DNA of 64,000 nucleotides from Amoebophrya sp. A120 (Eukaryota; Protista; Dinoflagellata), in NCBI GenBank assembly GCA_905178155.1, contig CAJINV010000001.1, forward strand, positions 3,859,706 through 3,923,705. The letters run 5' to 3'. Both the position numbers and the translations under genes were made by a program. Below, in pieces: positions 49,901-60,800 of the stretch. The notes below the pieces were generated by a model. That model saw nothing but the letters and a program-made list of their open reading frames with translations. It was not told the origin of the DNA and ran no database searches. Within the stretch, counting starts at the first letter, position 1. Every line of letters starts with the position of its first letter.

Positions 49901-52900
49901 ATAGAAACCAGGGAGATCGTCTCTGCATTCCGGTCACAGATCGACGCAAGGCTAAGACACGCTGCACTGTTCGCGTGGGAGGAAGTCGCGAGTAAGAGAA
50001 GAAGAAATCGCGAGCGTGGTGATTGGTGGCAGCGACGCAGAACGCGTGGGCTGCAGCGGGCGTTAATTGGGCTTTGGCACGAGCACTTGCAGCATCGGGA
50101 GTGGTGTAGAGAAGTTTTGCGGAGCACAGCTTTGGCACGAACAGAGAGAGTTTTCCAAGGCTGGGCACTGCGGACGAAGCGGGATTGTTTCGTTCGCCGA
50201 AGTCTGGAAATTCAGATACAGAAAAGGAGACAAAAATCGCTACAGAGAATTTTCTCCTCCTGGATCCGACGGGTCGACGTGCGGCATTTGATTCAAAACC
50301 GGCGGGAGAAGCTTGGAGCGAAGCTGCTTACCCGCTCCTTCAACGTGTGGGCGCGCGGCACGAGAGTCAGTATCAGTGTTTCCGTTTCGGTGAGAAGGCA
50401 GGAAAGCAAACTTCTTCGTTGCGCGTTGTGGCTGTGGCGGCAAAAGGTCCGGGTGTGGCGCAGCATCGACACGGGCTTCGAGGCGTCTCAGCGGGCGTTT
50501 TACGTGCGTGTCTTTCGCGGCTGGCGTCATTACGTCGCAGCCTCGTGGCGCAGGAAGAGAAAAGCCTTTGAAATCCTGTGTCTGGACGCCGCTGCAGAGT
50601 CGAGTCGTACGCAAAATTTGGGCTGGCGGCTTGAGAAGACGCTGAGCACGAAACGACGAGCAGAACAGGCTGTATTCTTCCGAACGTGGAAGATCTTCTG
50701 GTTTCGCAGACAGCATGGTGTTGCAGTGAGCAATGACGCAGAGGAACAGATTGAGTACAACAAGGCGCCTTCCTCCGGCGCGAATAGAAGCAGGGGTGTT
50801 TCTTCGTCATCTTCTTCATCGCGCATCGGCAGTGGTGCAGCAGGATTACCACATTCAAGTTCTCGTCGCGGCCCTGCTGCGTCCTACAGAGCCACTGTCC
50901 TAACGCGCACCTTTTCCGAATGGGCTTCGCCGCTCCTTCAAAAGCGTCAAGCAGGGGCACGTTTGCTCTTGGCAAAACATTTTGCGAGGTGGAAAAACCG
51001 CGACTCCGTGCGCTTTCGATGTCTGCTCGCTTTTCGCATTTGTCTCCGCGACGCGAAACACGCAAAGTGGTTGACCGCATGCGCCTTGCTGCACTGGCGA
51101 AAAGTTTCAGCGGCGGCCTCCAGCCGGGAAAATAAGACCACCACTGCGGCCAACGGCGCCACGGCCTTGCCGCGCGAGGAGCACGGAGTTAGTTTCAGTC
51201 TCGCAACTGCTGATCATTTCCTTGCAGCAGACTGTGATGAAGATGTTCTTGCGGAGTCAGCCTACCTTGCCGGGGCGTCTTTGGCCTCGCAGGTTTTGTT
51301 CGAGCCCTACCAGAGCCGAAATTTTCTCGGATCCCAATCCATGTTCATCTCTCCGAGACGGGCTGGAGCGCGTTCTCGGGCAGGACCTTTGCGGACAACA
51401 AATAATCGGTATGGGACCGGGCAGACTGGTTCGAGCTGCGTCAATGAAGCAGCAGAAGAGACGTGCAACACCAACGTCATCGACGCCGCAATGTCTACAA
51501 CCACACAGTCACAGAGAACGGCCGCAAAAAAACCTGGGCCGATGTCGGAGATGGACAAGCGCCAGCAAACTGATGTTGAAGAGAACGACAGAGACCAGCA
51601 CACTTCTCAGGCTGAGGCTCATCTCCGAAATAAAGATAAACGGAACACCTGCCGTCGTGTCTTCTTCAGTGCCTGGTCAACCTTCGTCTGCACGCGTAAG
51701 GAAAATCTAGCGAATTTTCTGCAAAAGCGCCAGCAGGCAAAGCGGCAGGAAAGAAGGGACAAGCTGGAGCAAAAAAGCCGGGTTGTTGCGTTTTATCCCA
51801 GAGAAAAAAGCTGGCAGGGCATATTTGTAATGCAAAAACAAATACGCAGAAAAATTTGTCATGGGCGGCCCCATAGCATGCTGTTTGGGGTAACAAGTAC
51901 TGCAAGTTTTGTTTTTCTGTGTATTTATTTTTGCATTACAAATAATCAATATGCCCTGCCAGCTTTTTTCTGTGTGATACGTTTTTCAAGGCGCGGAGAA
52001 GAAAAATAAAACAGTTCCTGTTCAAAGAGATCTGGTGGATGGAGTTCGTAATGCAATACAAGCTAAAGCTGCAGAAAGCCGCAACTTTCCGCCAGACGGT
52101 TCTGGAAAAACGAATTCTGAAGCAGTACCTGGTGAGCATCTGGAAACAACTCTTCATCGATCATTGGCGGGCGCTGCAAGACCGCGCGGAAAAACTTCAG
52201 GAAAGTCGAGAGCAGAAGCTTGGCAGAGCCGCGTTTGAAGGTCTGAAGCTGTATCGCGAAGACAAGACTTCGTTTCGCGAACGGACAGAGAAGGCGGTAG
52301 GAAATCTGACTTCTTGGCGGAAAAAGCGCTTCTTCGTTTCCTTCAAAAGCGGTGTGGAAGAGCAAAAGTCGTGCGTCGATAAAACACACAAAGCGCATCG
52401 GCACAGACATGCAACTTTGATCCGAGAAGCAATGCTGAGCTTTCGACGCACGGTGGAACTTGCAAGGAGAAAAGGCCAGGCGGACGAGAAATTTCTGGTT
52501 TACGAGCAGACCTTGATGAAGCGCGCGTTTTCGCACGGATTCGTACAGCGGTTACAAAGCAAGCGGAAATGCGTTGTCACAGCGGAGCTGATCCGCGAAA
52601 AGCGCCGAATTGCAGTCCTACAGGAAGTCATCCAATGCCACTGGCTGGTCCACTACCGGTTTCGCCGAAAGGTCCGCTCTGCCACGCTCCGGCGACTTGG
52701 CTACTGGTTCTCGAAGTTCCACGCCCAAGTCCTGTATTCCCTTTCCGCACAGCGCTTCCGAAACCGCAAGAACCATTTGACTCTGCAAAAATCCTTCCTC
52801 GGTTTCGCCCTGTTCCGCCTGCAGAGCCGGTCCACGAAGCGTTATTTCCTCCGCGAGTGGCGGTGTGTGGTTGAGTTGCAACGACACCGGGCCCGAATTG

Positions 52901-55900
52901 CCCTGGAGTTCGCGCGCGCCGTCGCGCACGCGGAAAACCTGCGACGGCGCACGCAAAAGCGGTGGCTCCGCACGTGTGTCCAAGCCTGGAGTCAGGATTC
53001 CTTCCAACTCTGGGCCGCGCGCAGACTGGTGAAGGTGGCGAGCCGGTTCGCGTTTCGACAGGGCTTCCAATCGATTTACACGCGTCCAATCGACGTGGCA
53101 GCGGGGAGGATGTTATTGGTTTACGAGAAAAACTACAAGAAGGCCTCCTTCGATTTGTTCCGGGATTCCGGAAGGGTAAACTTGATCCGAGGGAAACATC
53201 TCGAGCAGTCCTTGCGATCTGTGTTGGGATCTTGGCGTGAATGCGTTCAAAACCAAAGGACTGGCGCGACGAAATTCCTCCGCACACTCGAGCGGGCCGT
53301 TCCCGCGGTGGCGCTGCGGCGCATTCGTAGTTTCTCGAAGTTCCTGCAGGACGCCGAACTGTGTGCAGCAACTGCAAACCAAGTTCGGCTGGCGCATCCG
53401 GCTTTTGCCCGCTGGGTCTACGAGACGAAACTCGCTACAGTAGCAAAGCCGCTTTTTCAGCACTGGAAGCGATTCCAAAACTACAGATTGAGAAAACGCC
53501 AGGTGTCCCTCCTGCTCTTTTTCCGCCGCGCCCGGGAGCGGCAGACGGCGCGGTTGCGGTCCGACATGGCGTACGTTTTGTACCAGCGGCGGTGCGCCCG
53601 AAAGTGCTTGCTGGTCTGGGGCGCCTGTCGGCAGCGGGTGCTGGACGTGAGGCAATCTTCGGACGTCTGGGACATGCAGGGCGCGATATCAAATGCAAAA
53701 ATGTCTGGGTCTGGAAACTTGTGATGCTAAAATGTGACTGGTGGGCGCACTGCAATACGCAGCCAAGCATGACAAATTTTTGAGCTGCTCTTGCGTTAGG
53801 TTTTCCGCATGGCAAACTGCGTTTCTGCATGACAGCCAAGAAGAGGCCCTTTTCGTGGCTATGCAACACAGATTCTGGTGTCATACCAGACAAGCATGAC
53901 AGACTTGCATTCTTCCAGACCCAGACATTTTTGCATTTGATACGCGAGTCGCTGGAACAACACTTTCGGGAGGCGGAGAAACAGGTCTACCAGTACTGCG
54001 TCGAGCGACGCTTCATCTGCGTTTCGTCGTCAAGCAAATGGAAATGCAGCAAAGCGGAACGATTGCAATGCTCGTGTGGTCGTGTCTAGAGCCAGCGGCG
54101 CGCCACCTACTCCATCAGCATCACACCCTGATGAGACGGAAGTACGTGCAGGAGCTCCTCGCAACAACGAGGACAAGAATGACTCTACAAATTCTCAGTC
54201 GAGTACTAGTACTTCGCCGGTTGCAATGAAGTCGCGACGCAAGAAGGACGGCAAAAATGTATATGCAGCTCATGATGCCAACTCCAACACAAACAGGAAA
54301 AGCAATACCGACCTTGATGGCGCACTTCGGAGCTCCTATTTCCACTTGTTACTCGAGCGGAGCCTGGACTTTGGTCAGCAGAAGTCAACATCTTCAAGGA
54401 ACAGAGCGAGCACCGACTTGGTGTACTCGACGAGCAGATCCTCTGGAGGTCCGATCTCGCGGGACGAGGCCATTGGGCTGAATACTGGAGAAGGAGTAGA
54501 GAGAATGAAGGAACAAGAGGAGATGGTGTCCCTGAGCGACGACCCGGAGGACGGGCAGGACAATTGCACGATATACAACGAGGAGAACAACGAAGAGGAA
54601 GATGTTGAAAATGTTGATGGCGCCGACCATATCCGAGAGCAAGACTTCACGCCGGCGTGCATGTCGACGCTCGACGAGGCAGAAGTAGACCTAGACGCTC
54701 ATGATGAACATGATTCGTTTTTGTCTTCGATGAACGACTGGCAGTACAGCTACCAGAACGTAGTAGGAGGTGCAAAGGACATGGGCGAGGAGGAGAATTA
54801 TCCGCAACTCGACCGCTACAGTAGAAACAGGGCCAGTCGCACATCTCTGCGGAGCAGCTCGAGTTCCACTTCAAACACGGCAGCTGAACCCGTGGACGAA
54901 AAGAACATGCAAAACGATCAAGCGGATGAAGAACTCCACGAAGCGGAAGCTGCAGACCCAAAAGTTGTGACCACGATTCCCGTGCTAGACGAGGACAGCA
55001 AGAAGATGTCGGGCATTGAGAATGATCAGGTCGAGGTTCAGGATTTGATCCGACTTTCCTCTGATTCGCTTGAACTCTCGCTAACTTCTTTCTGTGACTC
55101 TAAGGAGCGGCAGTCTTTTCTCGAGCAGAGCGAGCAGGCGGGGGCACAGGATGGTGTTGATGAGCAGGAGCACGAGAGTGCTAGCTGCACGAGGACCACT
55201 TCCACCGCGACAGTGCACCAGGAGCACGAGAGTACTAGCTGCACGAGGACCACTTCCACCGCGACACTCATTCAGACTCAGCTGCCGGACGACCACTCGT
55301 GTAGAAGCTCCACGACTCCGGTTCAACATATTGCTGTTTCTGCTTCACAACCGGTGCCGCACCCACCGCCACAAGCACTAGTGTCGGCTTCACCTCCTTC
55401 TTCTTCTCTCTCTTTGGTGGCACCTCCCACCTCATCTTCCAGAGGCAGAGCTGCAGCTGCGCCCGACCAGATGCAAATCCTGCGAACCAGTATGCAAAGT
55501 GGCCAGTTCTTGAAGCAGCAGAACGCGGCGCCAGTGGAAGGTCCTCCGGAACGAGAAGTCTCCCTCGCCACCAATCAACAACCGGAAGATGAAGAAGCTC
55601 TGAACATGCGGCTTAGCCGGAGCGGCGTTTACGTGAGTCTTGAAGACGGTTGCAACGATCTCGAGATGGAATTGGAGCCAGTGGGCGATGCAGATTGTCT
55701 GCGAAGTAGCATTTGCACTTCTACTTCGCTCATCGAAAACCTGCCATCGTCGTCCTCACCTGATGAACTGGCTGCTGGGTCCGCTTCTGCTCCTCCTGCT
55801 TCTGACACAGCAGATGCTCCTCCTGCTAGTGTTACTAAACTTACGGCGGCCGCGGCGAGGAGTACGACTACGACTACAACTACCAATTCAATACACTCAG

Positions 55901-57133
55901 ACACGGCCTCCAGCACGACGACGACCTCCTCAGCCACCTGTTCGCTCTCCCCTCGCATGGCGCAAAGCACGCGGCGAAAGCGCAACAAGTACTACGACTT
56001 TGCGAGAAAACGGAAGTACTACCATACCAGCTCGTGCGATTCCATCCGTGAGGCCAGCGATGAGGACCAGGAGGACGAGGACGAACAGGGTTCGGAAGCT
56101 GCGACTACGAGTCGCCGGTACAATGTTTTACTCGTGATGAAGCATAAGCTTAACCAGATCGAGAACGAGATATTGTTTTGAATATGCAAGTAGGTAGTTT
56201 TTCTTTTTTGAAGATTTTTCTACAGCTGGGTACTGAACTCACGAATCGTCGAAAGATAAACAACATCACCACAGTGCCTCGCCGGCGAGCAGTCGCGGGT
56301 CTCCGATGGAGTACGAGAGTCCCAGCCCCCTTTCGACCGACCGCGACCATTTCGCCGCCGCTCGGAAGCCTCCCCCTCATCCGGGAGGTGGAGGTCAACA
56401 TCTCCTGCGGAAGAGCCGCGGCAGCTTCAATCAGCCGCGGCAGGAAACCCCCCGTCCTCAGGTACTAGATCATAGCACATCATCTACTTTGTCCGGAGGC
56501 AAAAACAAACACGTGCAACACAGTGAGTCAACCAGTCGTGATTCGCTGCGCTGCGTTCTGGAGGCGGAACGGAAGAAATCGTACCTGGGCCTGATGTCCA
56601 GTTCTGCCGAGAACAAGGACCTCCTACCGAAAACCACGAGCGCACCACCTCCCACGACAAGTAGAACCGTGGTCGCCGCTAATGGTACTATCGAAGACAG
56701 TTGTTCGACTTCCTTTCAGCAGCCGCAGCCCTTAGTGGTAGTTCGATCTGTTCCGACAGCGAAACTGCTCACTACATCGCTATCGTTTGAAAAAGGCGGA
56801 CTGTATTCCCTGAAAATTAACCATCCCCATCCACTTTTTGCATGACAAACACAGAATTTGCTACATGTTTTGCATGACAAACTGGATGGGGATGGTTAAT
56901 TTTCAGGGGATAGACTGCTTTCAGCTTCGCGAGCAACGACTTCGGCAAATAATACCACGAGGGGGACGACGATGTCGACGAGCACGAGCTCGTTGCACCA
57001 AGATCAAGATGCGGTTGCTTCTGGCGTAGTTGTGCCAGCATCTAAAAAGGTCCTAGAAGTTGTCCAGAATTTGGACAACGACGTCGACTCCGAAAACGAC
57101 AGAGACTCTGTACTGATGGACTGTGAAGCGTGA
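46955..57133 (+). CDS. Very large (~3150 aa) protein with SFI1-like (centrin-binding) Trp repeats and low-complexity regions
   Basis: Exons 46955-51793, 51985-53686, 53948-56117, 56275-56803, 56918-57133 (9456 nt, open). Recurrent LxxxFxxW (VLKSVFQRW, VRRVFEAW, LQRIFSSW, LLTRSFNVW). The GT-AG intron 56118-56274 is the least certain junction. Confidence 0.7.
51794..51979. mobile_element. Introner-like element (family H)
   Basis: TATCCCAGAGAAAAAAGCTGGCAGGGCATATT / AATATGCCCTGCCAGCTTTTTTCTGTGTGATA; DR CGTTT; frame restored into ORF 52039. Confidence 0.95.
53687..53942. mobile_element. Family A introner-like element (reverse orientation relative to 33750-34001)
   Basis: Perfect 30-bp TIR TATCAAATGCAAAAATGTCTGGGTCTGGAA; DR CGCGA; frame restored into ORF 54076. 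Confidence 0.97.
55165..55266 (+). repeat. In-frame 54-bp tandem duplication in coding sequence
   Basis: CAGGAGCACGAGAGT(G/A)CTAGCTGCACGAGGACCACTTCCACCGCGACA at 55165 and 55219. Confidence 0.9.
56804..56912. mobile_element. Minimal introner-like element (family I), 109 bp
   Basis: 30-bp TIR TATTCCCTGAAAATTAACCATCCCCATCCA / TGGATGGGGATGGTTAATTTTCAGGGGATA; DR GACTG; frame restored to stop at 57133. Confidence 0.95.
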
Positions 57134-57823
57134 GCGGCGAGGACCACATAGTATTCGGTAGTTGTCAGACTCAGAGAAGTAGCAAAAGCACAACGAGGCG
57201 CTGATGCGGCATTCTTGATAGACCCAAACATAGACAACCGCACCATTGGATGATGTAAGTAGTTGAACACGCCAAATTAAAAAAGAACATCCATGGAGGC
57301 GGCGTATTTGACCAATGATCGATGGCCATTGATTGTGGATAAAATCATATTCACATTTTTCTTGTTCTTCCTTGACCTTCTTCTCTCTGGAACCGAACAC
57401 GTTTTTGTTCATGATTGTCTTGCTCTTGTTGTCAACATTCGCTCGTAGTAAGTATTGGTGCCATAGCAAGAGGGTTGCAACAAGTGGCTCATTACTAGCA
57501 TTAGGGAACAAAAAGCTGCTCCTGCACAGCTCCTCTTTCGTGCTTCATTGCGCAGCGTGCGGCAGTTGGTTCGTGCTGGTTCTCCTGACTTTGCGTCTTC
57601 GTTTCGTTTTGTGTGTAACTGTAACGATTGTGAAGATCAAGATCCAACTAGACTTTGCTTGATCTTTGTACTAGCACAGTAGACATTGCTATGCGAGTCC
57701 AAGTTCGTTCCGCTCCTGTTGTTAACCCACCGACGAGGACCGCTGTTTTCTTTTTCCCCTGCATGTGCATCATTCTCCGGGATTCTGCCGTAAGATAATC
57801 CGTGGTAGCTGCACATCATCATC

Positions 57824-60800
57824 ATGGGGGCGTCTAAGAACAAGCACACAGTCGAAGCTGCAAGGCGGACACCTGTGGGCGCCGTCTCGTGCTTTCATCC
57901 CGCAGAAGATGATGATCAACATCATGATGACGCAGCAGGAGCACTCCATAACCGATGTTATGCCAACCACGGGACGACATCGACGCCGAAGCACGACCGC
58001 CCCGCCCAGCACCTGAGGCAGCAGCAGCAGCTGCACAACTCGACAAGTCGTAAGAGGAAGAGGACTTACAAGTATGACCATCCGCAGTACCAGGCAGCGT
58101 TGGAAAAGATTGCGGCGCGGAAAGGATCCGATGCGAACGGTGGGTTCACCTGGTTTTGGCAGCAGCCAAGTTGCGGCATGATGATGTGGAAGTTTTTCTT
58201 CCTCAGCTGCGCAATACTAAACCAGCCCCTGCCGTGGCCGCTGATGGTACTGGATAACGTTATGGAGGACTTGTTCGACTTGGATGTGGAAGCAGACAAA
58301 GACCCGACGACCAGCAGAAGTGGAGAAAAAACTAAAAGTAAAAGCCTTTTACAACATCAACAGGAATCGGAGTTGTACCACGATGAGAGCTACGATGGCG
58401 GTACAAGAACTACGAAAGATTTTTACTCGACGACGGTGGAAAAAGCCGAGGAGTGCTCCTCGCACCAGCCAGCGCCCGCACCTACTCCGTCGAGACAGCC
58501 ACGACCAGCGGGGGCTCTGATTTGCGAAACAAGTAGAAAAGGCACAACCACATGCACGGCGCAGACAGAATCAGAATTTTTATCTGGAAGATCTACTACT
58601 GCATCTTCTTCCAAGCGTGGTGGTCCTCGACAACAAGATGAAAATACTAGTGACAACATTAGTCAAAGTCACCAGCTGCACGGGGGCAAGACATGTGCAC
58701 GACCAGCTTCAACAAGGTGGTCTTCCACCAGAAAATCATCTGAAAGCGTTCATCCCGCGTCCTCCGGGACGACGACGAAAAATGGTTGGAATAAAGAGAC
58801 TTTGAATTTCGAACACATGGTGCAAGATCAGCAGGCTCAACAGCACACTTTCTCCGACATCACGAACATTAGAAAGCCGGATTTCGTAATAGATGAAAAG
58901 CTCGATCTTCAGCGTATTAACGCAGGGCAGCCGGCGCGGGGTTTAGATCATGAAAAAGGAGCTGCGGTGAATCCTCGCGAAGATGTTGACATGCGTGGAA
59001 CAAACACACTGAGGACCAAAAGAACATCAAACTCAAAGCAGAGCTATTTACAACTGAAGCAGCAGGAAGATGAAACTCCTGCTAATGGTATGGCATCGCC
59101 AAAGACGTCGAGCTCGAGGAGCACAGGAGGCGATATCGAAAAGTGCGCGACATCATCATCTTCAAGGGCTGCAGAGACCACGAAGCAGTCTTGTCCATCT
59201 GGGGGCACGACCATGGGTTTCACGGACGTCCAAACAACTTCTTCATCTACTCCTGGTCGTGCGCCAGCAACCGGAGCAACTTGTGTTCGTCCTCCAGCTC
59301 TCGACAAAACTTCGAAACAAAACACGGCTGATAGAAAAGTACTGCGGAACCTGTACGGCACAATCCGGCGATGCGAGAAAAGCTTTCTTCTCCCTTCAGA
59401 TGAACAGGATTTGTTCACCATGGGCGTCGAGTCCAAGAAAAAGAAAAACGGTCAAGGAGAAGGACGCCAAAATGTAAATGGAATTGCTGAGACATCAAAA
59501 CTCCACGAGGAGGACAAGAAAGCAGACCAGGAACAACAAGTACTCGATACAGGCGGCGAGGACAACTACGACTACGTAGACGACATCCTGCGAGGTCTCG
59601 ACAGAGGCTTTTTGTTCTTAAACAAAAATGGGCAGCGCTTTCCGGATGGTATCAAGGTCCCGGAAGATGAAACGAACTGCGACTGGCTTTTCTGCATTTC
59701 TGAGGCCGTGCGCCCAATGCAGCACTCCTATTCATTGACGAAGAAGCCACTGGCGCCGGAGAGGTCGAGTGCAACGGACGGAGACTACTATGTGGAGGAA
59801 CTGCTGAAAAAAATCCTCTCTCTGGCGGATACACGGAAGGACCGGGCTCAGTGCAACAATGGTACCGCTAGTAGCATCAGCGCTCCGACGGTGAGAGATG
59901 AAAAGTACGAGCACCACCAGCAGGTACAACTAGAGCTTGATCAAACCAGCTCAAAGGTGGCCACACCTCTTATCCCTTCATCGAAACAAGAAGAAAGGGA
60001 GCAGCAGGAGCAGGAGCTGTTTGTCTTTGATCAACTTCAACACCCCTACGACGAGACAAGGGTCGTTGTCGAGGAGGATGTCTCAACGGTCACACAACAG
60101 GAGGAAATAACTACTTCCGCGGAGCAGGAAGGTCAAAAAATCGAACCCACTACGGACACTGTCTCCACCCTTCCGCTCCCGAGTATGGCGTTCTCAACTG
60201 TTACATTCTCAAGTGTTACATGGATTTGTCAATGTCATGCAAGAATGGGAGAAGTGAAAGGGAAAAGCTTGCTCCTTTTGCATTACAGGTTTGGAGCAGA
60301 TTACAATGCTATCTAGCGTGTCGAGAACTTGTCATGCGGAGAAGGTTTGAAATTGTGAAAAGTGATAGCGTTTTTGCATGACAACAAATGAGAATGTAAC
60401 GTTTGAGAGCCCCATACCGAGACCGATGGCGCGGGCCGACCGCAGGCGTTCGGCCAGACTGCTCGAGATCGAAATGGTACGGACTTACGTGGCCATCTTC
60501 GATGCGCCGCCTTCGCTGACAGAGGAATACATCCAGGTCGGAGTCTATCGCAGGAGAAAACTGTAGTTTTACCGGAAAATTTGTGATGCAGAACATCTAA
60601 ATCATGTAATGTAAATGTATTCCTATTCCGTTCGCATAGGTAGCATAAGTTTTACTTTGTGTTTCTACGCATGCTCATGCATGGATTTTTAGGCGTGCTT
60701 TACTCTATCCCTGAGGAAGCTCGCAGGGCAAATAAAAATGTACAAACGAGCACCTGTCATCCGCGAAGAAAAAAATTGCAAAATTGCAATACAGTGAAAC

